From: Candidatus Wolfebacteria bacterium RIFCSPLOWO2_01_FULL_47_17b
GTDB taxonomy: Bacteria > Patescibacteriota > Minisyncoccia > UBA6257 > JAGOQP01
Assembly: GCA_001793865.1 (NCBI GenBank)
Contig: MGIS01000023.1
Span: 60,137 to 124,136 of the forward strand
Length of the DNA stretch: 64,000 bases
Direction of reading: 5' to 3'
The notes under the pieces are model-generated. The model was not told where the DNA came from and did not search any database. It worked only from the letters and a program-made list of their open reading frames with translations. The translations under genes were made by a program, and so were the position numbers. Shown here one piece after another: positions 25,138 through 35,398 of the stretch (the stretch's first letter is position 1; each line of letters begins with the position of its first letter).

Positions 25138-25524
25138 CTATTGACGTTTTGTAAGAAACTCCAGTACGTTTTTCACCAGATCGTCGATGGATGTTTTTGC
25201 TTTTACAAAATACTCTACCGCGCCAAGTTCCTGGCCTTTTTGCATATCTTCCGGCTGGCCGAGGTTCGATATGATAATAATAGGCGCGTCCCGCAGCTGC
25301 GGATCCTGCCGGATAGCCTCCATGACCTCAAAGCCTGATTTTTTCGGAAGTATGAGATCAAGCAGAATGACATCGGGACTCGCGTCTTTAAGGATAGTCA
25401 CGGCTTCCTGTCCGTCCTTTGCGTACATAACCTCAAGCCCTTCCTTTGAAAATCTGTTCTTTAAAAGCGACGAAAGGAACGGGTCATCTTCAATGAGGAG
25501 AATTTTCTTTTTTGTATCTTCCAT
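25138..25524 (-). CDS. Single-domain response regulator (CheY-like, PilH/PilG-type); start at MEDTKKKILLIEDD
   Basis: DD...D...T...K receiver signature; upstream part of listed ORF overlaps 16S 3' end. Confidence 0.75.
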   Translation of the reverse strand: MEDTKKKILLIEDDPFLSSLLKNRFSKEGLEVMYAKDGQEAVTILKDASPDVILLDLILPKKSGFEVMEAIRQDPQLRDAPIIIISNLGQPEDMQKGQELGAVEYFVKAKTSIDDLVKNVLEFLTKRQ

Positions 25525-25616
25525 AGGTGTTTTTAAGCATACCACAAGAAGTGAGTGGTGAGTAGTGGGTCGTGTGTATAACTGGCTTGAAAACTTTTTT
25601 AGTTGTCCCAGCCGAG

Positions 25617-27222
<1,606 letters not shown>

Positions 27223-27346
27223 AAATTAACGATGTCAAAAATTCCAAGCCTTCGACCTAAGTCTTGACTTGAAACTTCTGGCATCTTGCTATCGGGACAA
27301 CTAAAAAAATCTTCAAATTAACACATTTGTGGATGCCCCCAATCTT

Positions 27347-27362
27347 TCCGCCAGCTGGCGGA
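27347..27362. repeat. 16-bp palindrome TCCGCCAGCTGGCGGA, intergenic copy upstream of 16S
   Basis: Exact match. Confidence 0.85.
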
Positions 27363-27518
27363 TGGGGACTTTTTTGTTATAAAGGTCTGGCTTTTCAGTA
27401 GGAGGGCAGTATAAGCGAGGGCACATGTGAAGTCAAGGTTCGTAATGATGGAAGTGAAAAAGTAATTTTCCGCTCCCCTGTCTTACAGACATCGGAGCCC
27501 CATTAAAAAAATTCTTTA

Positions 27519-27548
27519 GCCGCCTCAATAGAGGCGGCTTTTTCTAAC
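27519..27548. terminator. Hairpin gccgcctc-aata-gaggcggc followed by TTTTT
   Basis: 8-bp GC stem plus U-tract on plus strand; A/T-run also on other side. Confidence 0.5.
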
Positions 27549-27709
27549 GGGGTATACGCATTTTTTATACATTTCCCAAAGCGTCAGAATCTTCCCGATC
27601 GAGGAAATTCTGACGCTTTTCTTTTTTCCGTTTTTTCAGCCCACTTCTCACGACTCATAACTCAATTATAGTGGACAAAGTCCGTGCTTTGCGCTATCAT
27701 TTCCTCGAT

Positions 27710-27991
27710 ATGAAAAAAGACACCCATCCAGCCTACTATCCGGACGCGAAGGTTTCCTGCGCGTGCGGGAATACATTCACGATCGGCTCCACCAAAAAAG
27801 AAATCCGGGTGGAAATCTGCTACAACTGCCATCCGTTTTATACCGGCAAAGACAAGCTTATAGATACGGCCGGTCGCGTAGACAAGTTCAAAGCGCGCCG
27901 CGAAAAGGCGGCAAAGGCCACTGTCCGCACAAAGACCGCGAAGCGTGCCGCCAAAGCTGCGAAGAAAGTGAAGAAACCGGTTAAAAAATAG
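27710..27991 (+). CDS. rpmE: 50S ribosomal protein L31 with Lys/Ala-rich C-terminal extension
   Basis: [10 protein letters not shown]...CACGNTF...[11 protein letters not shown] zinc-ribbon L31 signature. Confidence 0.85.
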   Translation: MKKDTHPAYYPDAKVSCACGNTFTIGSTKKEIRVEICYNCHPFYTGKDKLIDTAGRVDKFKARREKAAKATVRTKTAKRAAKAAKKVKKPVKK

Positions 27992-27994
27992 TGT

Positions 27995-28057
27995 TTAGGG
28001 ATTAGGTTTTAGGGACTAGGGTAGAATCTAACCCCTTTTCACTAACCACTAATCCCT
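27995..28057. repeat. TTAGGGATTAG / CTAATCCCT palindromic leader element, copy a (upstream of prfA)
   Basis: tttagggattagg...cactaaccactaatccct; related to 43287 and 46270. Confidence 0.7.
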
Positions 28058-28069
28058 ATTTTATTAAGT

Positions 28070-28810
28070 ATGTCCGACATCAATACCATCATTCTTGAAG
28101 TCCGTGCAGGCGCAGGCGGCGATGAGGCGTCTATTTTTGCGGGAGATCTTGTGCATATGTACCAGAAGTACGCGCAGTCCCGGGGGTGGCGTTTTTCGGA
28201 GCTCGACTCCAGTCGCTCGTCACTTGATGGATTTAAAACATTTATCGGAAGAATCGACGGCCAAGGCGCGTACGAAGCGCTGAAGCAGGAATCGGGCGTA
28301 CACCGAGTTCAGCGCATTCCCAAGACCGAAAAATCCGGCCGCGTGCATACTTCCACCGCTTCGGTCGCCATACTCCCCCAGATAGAGCCGAGGGAAGTGG
28401 ACATAAACCCAAGTGATCTTGAGATTTCTTTTTTTCGCTCGTCGGGACCGGGTGGTCAAAACGTAAATAAAGTGGAAACTGCCGTACGCATTCTGCACAA
28501 ACCCACGGGCGTCGTGGTTGCGTCTCAAAACGAACGGTCTCAAACCGCGAATAAAGAAAATGCTATGTCCGTACTTCGCTCAAAATTATATGAAGCAATG
28601 CAGCAGCAGCAGGCGGCATCTCTTGGAGCATTGCGCAAAGAGCAGATCGGGACCATGGATCGGTCCGAGAAGATCCGCACGTGGAATTTTCCGCAAGATC
28701 GCGTTACCGATCATCGCATAGGCAAAAAGTGGCACAATATCGAAAAGATACTGGCGGGCGATTTGGACCCTGTTGTGAAAGCGTTCAAAAAGGAGTCTGA
28801 TCAAGGTTGA
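28070..28810 (+). CDS. prfA: Class-1 peptide chain release factor, RF1-like (P-K-T anticodon motif, GGQ) lacking N-terminal domain 1
   Basis: VQRIPKTEKSGRVHTS (PxT), SSGPGGQNVNKVETAVRILHKPTG (GGQ); only 246 aa. Confidence 0.8.
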   Translation: MSDINTIILEVRAGAGGDEASIFAGDLVHMYQKYAQSRGWRFSELDSSRSSLDGFKTFIGRIDGQGAYEALKQESGVHRVQRIPKTEKSGRVHTSTASVAILPQIEPREVDINPSDLEISFFRSSGPGGQNVNKVETAVRILHKPTGVVVASQNERSQTANKENAMSVLRSKLYEAMQQQQAASLGALRKEQIGTMDRSEKIRTWNFPQDRVTDHRIGKKWHNIEKILAGDLDPVVKAFKKESDQG

Positions 28811-28842
28811 ACCTCGCTCAAGGTTGAGTGAGGTTCAACCTT
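28803..28842. terminator. 18-bp inverted repeat AAGGTTGAACCTCGCTCA hairpin between convergent prfA and galT
   Basis: Near-perfect 18-bp stem overlapping prfA stop codon. Confidence 0.6.
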
Positions 28843-29827
28843 GGAGACGCAGAAGTTTCGCGGCGTCTTCCGGAAATACGGTGTTTATCTGGACCCCGGT
28901 TCCCAATTCGAATCCTGCGTCTATATTAGATTTTGGCAGAATCCGTATATACCAGTGATGATAGGGATATTCTCCTCCGTCGGTTGCCGGAGCGGTGTGT
29001 ATATACATATTGTAATCCGGGTCGGATAGTTTTTTTTGTATTGATTTGAGTACTTTTTTGAAAGCGATCGCCATATCTTTGAGTACGGCATCCGATGCAG
29101 TCTCGAAGAATACCTCGTGCTCCTTTGGAAACAGCAAAACTTCATACGGTTCCTGAGCGGCATAGGGCACGAACGCGACTACGTGCTTATTTTCGAACAC
29201 GATGCGCTTTTTCCCTTTTCGCTCCGATTTGATTATGTCGCAATACAGGCAGGATTTGTGCTTTTCGTAACAGCGGAGGGAATAAACGAGTTCGTGCGAT
29301 ATATGCGAAGGCACTACCGGCAGAGCAATAATCTGCATATGCGGATGGTACAGCGACGCACCAACCGACGGTCCCCAGTTCTGAAACATTGAGATGTAGT
29401 CTATTTTCGGATCGCCACTCACCTGCAGGTAGCGTTTCCGCAGAGCCTGAAATACGTCAAAGATTTCTCCCTCGGTAAGCTCTGAAAAACGGGTTTCGTG
29501 GTCTTTGGTTATCAGGAGGTCGTGGTATCCATACCCCGCGATTGTCATATGGAATTTTTCGCTGTGTAGGATGTGTTCTTTAGGCGACGTGTCCAAGCCT
29601 GGAAATTTGTTCGGCATGACGGCCGTTTTCCACGAACCGGATTCTGGGAACTGAAAATATGGCGGGAGGTTCCCCGATTTTTCAAGATTTTCAAACGGAC
29701 ACTTTGATTTCGGCGATACCGGTCGTTTTTTCTCAAAAATATCATGGGGCCTTTTTGCGCCCTGCCGCTTCGGCGAAAACAGCACCCATTCGCCCCGCAA
29801 CGCATTAAATCGCAATTCCGAGTTCAT
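28835..29827 (-). CDS. galT: Galactose-1-phosphate uridylyltransferase-like (HIT superfamily)
   Basis: Zn site CPFENLEKSG..., HPHMQIIALP active-site His-Pro-His. Confidence 0.75.
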   Translation of the reverse strand: MNSELRFNALRGEWVLFSPKRQGAKRPHDIFEKKRPVSPKSKCPFENLEKSGNLPPYFQFPESGSWKTAVMPNKFPGLDTSPKEHILHSEKFHMTIAGYGYHDLLITKDHETRFSELTEGEIFDVFQALRKRYLQVSGDPKIDYISMFQNWGPSVGASLYHPHMQIIALPVVPSHISHELVYSLRCYEKHKSCLYCDIIKSERKGKKRIVFENKHVVAFVPYAAQEPYEVLLFPKEHEVFFETASDAVLKDMAIAFKKVLKSIQKKLSDPDYNMYIHTAPATDGGEYPYHHWYIRILPKSNIDAGFELGTGVQINTVFPEDAAKLLRLQG

Positions 29828-29948
29828 ATGCTTATAGTATATGGTATTACGTTAAAACTATAAAGTATGAAAAGGAAAACCGATTTTGTTTCGAAAAACC
29901 GCCGCGCAGGACGACGGTCCGAGCGAGAAGAAAAAATCCAGCAGGATT

Positions 29949-31838
29949 TTATTCTGTGTTTTGAGAAATAGAATCGGTTTTCCTTTCCGAAACACGATGC
30001 TCGTAATACCAAGACAGCACCTCTTGCGCCACAGGCACCGCGTTCAAGCTCCCCTCTTTTGCGTCTTCGATGAGTACGAGTATTGCTATCTCGGGATTAG
30101 GCACCGGCGCATAGCCCACAAAGAACGCGTTTGTTTTCTGGTTATTTTGTATCTGCGCACTACCTGTCTTTCCGGCGATTGCCATGGGGATGCCGGCAAG
30201 CATATGCGAGGTGCCGTACTCCTCAGATACGCCATACAGCATACCCCGCTCCACATCCTCTATTGATTGGGGATTTTTTTGTTCTATGGTATTGAATCGT
30301 TGGTCCTTGGTGTAGTATAGACTCTCCCCGTTTTCTACTTTCGATACGACGTAGGGTTCGTACAGCTTTCCTTTTGCGGCAATACCGCCGATGTAGCGTA
30401 GAAGCTCTATAGGAGAAACCAACAAATCCCCTTGTCCGATGGACACGTTATACGTGTCACCGATCCTCCATATCTGGCCCGTGCGCTTTTCTTTTGATTC
30501 GGGATCCGGCAGATTTCCTTGTGCTTCGCCCGGCAGGTCTATGCCGGTTTTTTCGCCAAGCAGGAATTTTCCCCAGTACGCGCGCAAGCGCTCAATACCC
30601 AATCCCTGCTGCTGCTCAAATCCTCCCCCCACTTCATAGAAGTACACGTTACTCGAGCGCGCCAGCGCGGAGTACACATTCACCCATCCATGCGCCTTCC
30701 AATCCACGAAACGCGACGGCTGTGAAGGCGTGTAGGGGTTGGGCAACTCAATGTAGCCGGTGGAAAGTATTGATGTCATCGGATCCACAATGCCCTCTTC
30801 CAGCGCACCGAACGCGACGAGTGGTTTGATAATGGATCCGGGGCTATATACGCCCGACAGTACTCTGTTGAATGCCGGTTTGGCCGGATCGGAAAATATC
30901 TCGCCCGTTAATTTATTCGTATCGAAACTCGGCAGACTCACAAGCGCCAGCACTTCTCCGGTACGGGGGTTTATTGCAAGGCCGGCGCCCGCGTTCCTAT
31001 CCAAGGACGTGAGTCGGTTTTTTAACGATGTGTAGAGTACTTTTTGCAATTCGGCGTCTATGGTGGTGTAAACTTTTGCGCCGCTTTGCACCGTTTTATC
31101 CACGCGTTCGCCGAGCAGATTGTTTTGTGCGTCTCGCAGGATAATTCGCGAGCCGTTTTCCCCGCGAAGATATTTGTCGTACATAAACTCAATACCCGAT
31201 TTTCCTATCTCGTCGTTTAAATCGAGGTTCGCATTCCCTTGTAAATCGTCCGCGCTCACCAGGCCCGTATAACCGACTACGTGCGCAAACATTTCGGCAT
31301 CCGTATATGAGCGGCTGAAGCCGTCTTCCACGATAACCGCCGGAATTTGAGCTTTTTTAAGCTCAATAATCGATTGCAATGGCACGTTGCGCGCGAGAAT
31401 AAGATACGACTGCGTTTCGAGGTTAATGTGTTCAAGCGCTTCCTGTGCGGCATTCATATCATACTCAACATATGAACGCACTGCCGAAAGTATGTCTCCT
31501 ATCTTCTCCTTTTGTTTGAACAGCTCGGAAAGATTCAAGCTTACATTAAAGCTCGCTTCGTTCTTAACAAGCGGTATGCCGTAGCGGTCGTATATGATTC
31601 CTCGCGGCGCACGCAGAATAATTTCCTGCCCCGCGTTCGCGTACGCGCGGCTTGCGAACTGGCCGTTTTTGGCGAGTCCGAAATATGCCGTCCGTCCGAC
31701 AAAGAGCAGCGCAACAAGCACCGTTATCGCGCCAAATAGTATAAACAATCGTCCCGAAAGAGGCCGCTCAAGTATGTCGTAGCCCTCGTGCAGATCATCA
31801 AGCACCGCGTCTTCTAATGTGAAATCTTCTGTGCCCAT
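29949..31838 (-). CDS. mrdA: Penicillin-binding protein 2 (elongasome transpeptidase)
   Basis: SPGSIIKP (SxxK), SSN, KTGSA motifs; N-terminal TM and dimerisation domain. Confidence 0.88.
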   Translation of the reverse strand: MGTEDFTLEDAVLDDLHEGYDILERPLSGRLFILFGAITVLVALLFVGRTAYFGLAKNGQFASRAYANAGQEIILRAPRGIIYDRYGIPLVKNEASFNVSLNLSELFKQKEKIGDILSAVRSYVEYDMNAAQEALEHINLETQSYLILARNVPLQSIIELKKAQIPAVIVEDGFSRSYTDAEMFAHVVGYTGLVSADDLQGNANLDLNDEIGKSGIEFMYDKYLRGENGSRIILRDAQNNLLGERVDKTVQSGAKVYTTIDAELQKVLYTSLKNRLTSLDRNAGAGLAINPRTGEVLALVSLPSFDTNKLTGEIFSDPAKPAFNRVLSGVYSPGSIIKPLVAFGALEEGIVDPMTSILSTGYIELPNPYTPSQPSRFVDWKAHGWVNVYSALARSSNVYFYEVGGGFEQQQGLGIERLRAYWGKFLLGEKTGIDLPGEAQGNLPDPESKEKRTGQIWRIGDTYNVSIGQGDLLVSPIELLRYIGGIAAKGKLYEPYVVSKVENGESLYYTKDQRFNTIEQKNPQSIEDVERGMLYGVSEEYGTSHMLAGIPMAIAGKTGSAQIQNNQKTNAFFVGYAPVPNPEIAILVLIEDAKEGSLNAVPVAQEVLSWYYEHRVSERKTDSISQNTE

Positions 31839-32281
31839 ATATGAAGTCCGTATAACAGTATAGCAAGGGCGCCAGTATACAAAAACTCAAGATAAAAGTA
31901 CACCGAAGTGAAGAATGTTCCTTCAAAGAATATAAGCCAAAACAGAATGTGAAAGCATGCCAGCATCAGAAGGCCCATAAAAAATGACTTCTTCAAAACA
32001 AGGAACCGTACAACGGCAAACGCGGCAACGCTTGCTGCTGCGGTAAAAAATAATTCGGCTGTCACGCTCGGCGCATACTTCAGCCACACCAGCAGAAGCA
32101 GCGTGTACAGCGCGTACGCGGTAATCTCGCTTAAAAAAAATGCTCCTACGACCGCCGCCGCGAGCGCGTAATTTACCGACACCGGCAGTAGTGGAAAAAC
32201 GGTGTAGGATAAAGCGACAATAATAAGAAATATGATTGCCGTCTGCAGAAGTTGGGATTGAAGAAAGTGTCTGTCTTTCAT
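31814..32281 (-). CDS. mreD: Rod shape-determining protein MreD-like membrane protein
   Basis: 5 TM helices, position between mreC and mrdA. Confidence 0.55.
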   Translation of the reverse strand: MKDRHFLQSQLLQTAIIFLIIVALSYTVFPLLPVSVNYALAAAVVGAFFLSEITAYALYTLLLLVWLKYAPSVTAELFFTAAASVAAFAVVRFLVLKKSFFMGLLMLACFHILFWLIFFEGTFFTSVYFYLEFLYTGALAILLYGLHIWAQKISH

Positions 32282-32357
32282 ATGGCAATTTCGAAACTTC
32301 AGTCATTCATCCGCCAGCTGGCGGATTGAATCGAAATTAGAAATTCGAAATTAGAAA
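32282..32357. repeat. Palindromic element: AATTTCGAAACTTCAGTCATTCA-TCCGCCAGCTGGCGGA-TTGAATCGAAATT plus GAAATTA tandem repeats, between mreC and mreD
   Basis: Near-identical to 37747-37840. Confidence 0.85.
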
Positions 32358-33071
32358 TTAGTTTGTTAATACGAACACCGTTCTCAAGGCGTTCAAATTA
32401 TATGGCACCTCTATCGTGGCTTGAAAGAACGCGCCCGACGCGTCTTCGCTTACGCTTTTTACGTAACCGACACTCAGCCCGTACGGCATATCGCGCGACG
32501 CGGTGACGATCCTGTCTCCCGACGCGATTTGCTTGGACTTGTCTATGAGCGTGAGCCGCGGCGCAATACCTCCCTGCAACAGCGCGTCGGTCTCCTGCAT
32601 ACCTACGCGAACCGGCAGCGCAAACGACGTGTCATAAAGCGTTATAATTTCGCTTCGATTCTCCGATACTTTCTCAACAATACCCACAAAAACAGTGTCC
32701 GAAATAAGGACCGCTTTGCCCTTTGTAACTCCTTCTTCCGCTCCGCTTCCGATGTATATGCGATTTTTCGTATTGAACGGATACAGCGAGTATACCTTTG
32801 CGGATATAACGTCATTGCGAGCGAGCGTAGCGAGCGCGGCAATCTCTCCCTCTTCGTCATTCTGAGCAAAGCGAAGAATCTCATTATTTTTATCTTCAAT
32901 TTGTAACCTGAGACTCTGATTCTCCTCCAGGAGCTGCGGTATCCGCCACACGGCCGAAATATAGTCCCCTATGGAAAGATTTTTTTTAAAATAAAAAGGC
33001 GTTGCCACAAGCACCGCCGCAAGCACCAGAATTATGACATATAAAACCGTGTTGTTCTTTCGTCCGATCAT
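32358..33071 (-). CDS. mreC: Rod shape-determining protein MreC
   Basis: N-terminal TM, coiled coil, two beta-barrel MreC domains. Confidence 0.8.
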   Translation of the reverse strand: MIGRKNNTVLYVIILVLAAVLVATPFYFKKNLSIGDYISAVWRIPQLLEENQSLRLQIEDKNNEILRFAQNDEEGEIAALATLARNDVISAKVYSLYPFNTKNRIYIGSGAEEGVTKGKAVLISDTVFVGIVEKVSENRSEIITLYDTSFALPVRVGMQETDALLQGGIAPRLTLIDKSKQIASGDRIVTASRDMPYGLSVGYVKSVSEDASGAFFQATIEVPYNLNALRTVFVLTN

Positions 33072-33141
33072 TTCTCACCCATCTTACAATAAAAAACAGA
33101 CCTTCTCAATGGCGAGAAGGCCTGGTTGATCTATCTTTGTT

Positions 33142-33486
33142 TTATTTAAACTCAGCATCGACAGTATGAACTGATTGGAATTTTACCTTTCCAGAATCAT
33201 CGAGGATTTGAATTCCATCAATAGAAATATCATCCTCCTCATTATATCCTTCAAAGCCGCCGAATGCATATAAACGAACACGCTCTCCACAGTCTATTCT
33301 GTAATTTGCGTCGCTCACCGTCATTTTTCCCTTAAAGTTATCGATCCTAACGGTTAGATTGCTGTACCCCTTTCTGTCAGTTGAAAAATTGTATGCAGAT
33401 GAAAATTCTATAATTCCCTCAATAAAAAGTGCTTCCTGAGCTTTCTCGCCTTCGTTGATGAAGTCGGTAGATACTAACCTCTCCAT
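33142..33486 (-). CDS. Hypothetical protein
   Basis: ORF only, 114 aa. Confidence 0.4.
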   Translation of the reverse strand: MERLVSTDFINEGEKAQEALFIEGIIEFSSAYNFSTDRKGYSNLTVRIDNFKGKMTVSDANYRIDCGERVRLYAFGGFEGYNEEDDISIDGIQILDDSGKVKFQSVHTVDAEFK

Positions 33487-33591
33487 TTTGTCTCCTTTTT
33501 TTTATTAATTTAATTTGTTTGGGTCAAGATTCGAAGTTAGCTGTCATCCTGAGCGAAGCGAAGGATCTCTACATAACAATGAGATTCTTCA

Positions 33592-33607
33592 TCCGCCAGC
33601 TGGCGGA
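33592..33607. repeat. 16-bp palindrome TCCGCCAGCTGGCGGA, intergenic copy
   Basis: Exact match; flanked by GTCATCCTGAGCGAAGCGAAGGATCTC motif (33544-33570). Confidence 0.85.
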
Positions 33608-33763
33608 TTCAGAATGACGAGAATACTCGTCACCTGAATCAAACAAATTAAATCCAATGAAATTTTCAATGTTCCTAGCGGACATTATAGCACACTTCCC
33701 GCAAAAAAGTCAATCCCTCACATAAATTTTTATGTGAGGGATAAAGCCCCTCTATTTAAGCCG

Positions 33764-34030
33764 TTATCGGTAAATATCGTGCGTTCCTATTTCCAAGAAC
33801 AGCACGGTTTCCTCTTCAAGAAAAATAAACTTTATTCTATGTGATTTCGTAACTGAAAATGACCACGCTTCTTTGTCCTTGCCGTGAAGTTTATGCGTGT
33901 CTAACCTCGGATTAAACGGATCTTCTTTAAAAATCTTTTCTCTTTCTACGGCAACGGCCTGTATCCTCTTTGGGAGCTTTCTGTACTGCTTCTGAAATTT
34001 TGTGCTTACGCGCACTTCACGGACAGCCAT
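33764..34030 (-). CDS. Type II toxin, RelE/ParE superfamily
   Basis: 88 aa; C-terminal HRIKFIFLEEETVLFLEIGTHDIY typical of RelE/ParE fold. Confidence 0.65.
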   Translation of the reverse strand: MAVREVRVSTKFQKQYRKLPKRIQAVAVEREKIFKEDPFNPRLDTHKLHGKDKEAWSFSVTKSHRIKFIFLEEETVLFLEIGTHDIYR

Positions 34031-34042
34031 AGTTTTAAATAA

Positions 34043-34270
34043 TTATGCCAAATCAGCTAGTGACTTTAGTCTTTTTGTTTTCCCTGCTTTATATTCCCGC
34101 AATCCTTCTTTTACAAGTTTGTCCAATTTTTCAGCTTTTTTACCTTTGAGATAAAATGTTGGTACTACGCGTGCAATGAGTTCCTTGTACTTTTTCACAG
34201 GCAAGACCACCACACCTTCGTGTTTTTCAACACTTTCCTTTCTGATGGTAATTACATTATTCATATACAC
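34043..34270 (-). CDS. Cognate antitoxin (75 aa) upstream of the RelE-like toxin
   Basis: Small basic protein immediately upstream with 12-nt spacing; classic TA architecture. Confidence 0.55.
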   Translation of the reverse strand: MYMNNVITIRKESVEKHEGVVVLPVKKYKELIARVVPTFYLKGKKAEKLDKLVKEGLREYKAGKTKRLKSLADLA

Positions 34271-34318
34271 AGTATAACGAATTATGGGCGGAATTGCTAC
34301 AGATGAGATTATCGCACA

Positions 34319-34352
34319 CGAGGTTCAACCTCCCCAAACCGAGGTTGAACCT
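34319..34352. terminator. AGGTTCAACCTC...GAGGTTGAACCT hairpin just downstream of mreB stop
   Basis: Perfect 12-bp inverted repeat, identical to the in-frame copy in leuS. Confidence 0.6.
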
Positions 34353-34360
34353 CGTGTTCC

Positions 34361-35398
34361 TTATTCTAATATAATCGGCTTGAGAGACAGCGAAAATATC
34401 GGCTCAAAACGCTCAATGTTTTCCGCGGCCGTGCCGCATCCGCGCACCACGCACGTGAGCGGATCGTCAACAAGCACCGTTTTAACGCCGAGTTCTTTTT
34501 CAATAAGCTGATCCAGCCCGCGCAGGAGCGATCCTCCGCCGGACAAGTGTATGCCGTTTCTGATCACATCCCCCGAAAGCTCGGGTGGAATTTTTTCAAT
34601 CGTGTCTTTGATAGCTTCGAGTATATGCTTGAGTGAAAGCATTAAAGCCATGCGCACGTGTGAATCCTTGAGCATGATTTCTTTCGGCAAACCCGACGCC
34701 GCGTCGCGACCCGCGACAGTCATTTCCAATTTTTCTTGGGACGGGATTGCCGCGCCTATTTCCATTTTAATACGCTCCGACGTCGCTTCACCAATTATAA
34801 GTTTGAATTCCTCACGAACATATTGCCGGATGTCGTCGTTGCACTTGTCTCCCGCTATCTTTAAGCTTCGCGACACCACAACGCCTCCCATGGAAATAAC
34901 GGCGATTTCGGTCGTCCCACCTCCGATATCTACGATCATATTGGCGGTCGGCTCGTCTATAGGGAGCCCCGCGCCAAGTACAGCCGCGATAGGCTCTTCC
35001 AACAAGTACACGCTTGATGCGCCGGAAGATATAACCGCATCTTCAACCGACTTGCGCTCCACTTCGGTCAGATTCGTGGGTACCGCGACCACCGCCCGAA
35101 CGTATTTAAAGATCGAATCTTTTTTTATTTTTTGAAGGTAGTGCTTGAGCACCTCCTGTGCCATCAAAAAATCCGATATCACGCCATTTACCAGTGGACG
35201 TACCACTTCGATGTGCACGGGTGTCCGCCCCAGCATCCGTTTCGCGGCTTCGCCGATCGCGACGGTCTGGCCGCTTTTGGTGTTTATTGCTATGACGGTC
35301 GGCTCGTTTGCCACGATGCCCTCGCCTTTTGCGTACACGAGCGTATTGGCCGTTCCGAGATCCACACCGATATCTGTTTTAACGCTGAATAGTCCCAT
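34361..35398 (-). CDS. mreB: Rod shape-determining protein MreB
   Basis: DIGVDLGTANTLVY phosphate-1 motif, actin fold, 345 aa. Confidence 0.9.
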   Translation of the reverse strand: MGLFSVKTDIGVDLGTANTLVYAKGEGIVANEPTVIAINTKSGQTVAIGEAAKRMLGRTPVHIEVVRPLVNGVISDFLMAQEVLKHYLQKIKKDSIFKYVRAVVAVPTNLTEVERKSVEDAVISSGASSVYLLEEPIAAVLGAGLPIDEPTANMIVDIGGGTTEIAVISMGGVVVSRSLKIAGDKCNDDIRQYVREEFKLIIGEATSERIKMEIGAAIPSQEKLEMTVAGRDAASGLPKEIMLKDSHVRMALMLSLKHILEAIKDTIEKIPPELSGDVIRNGIHLSGGGSLLRGLDQLIEKELGVKTVLVDDPLTCVVRGCGTAAENIERFEPIFSLSLKPIILE

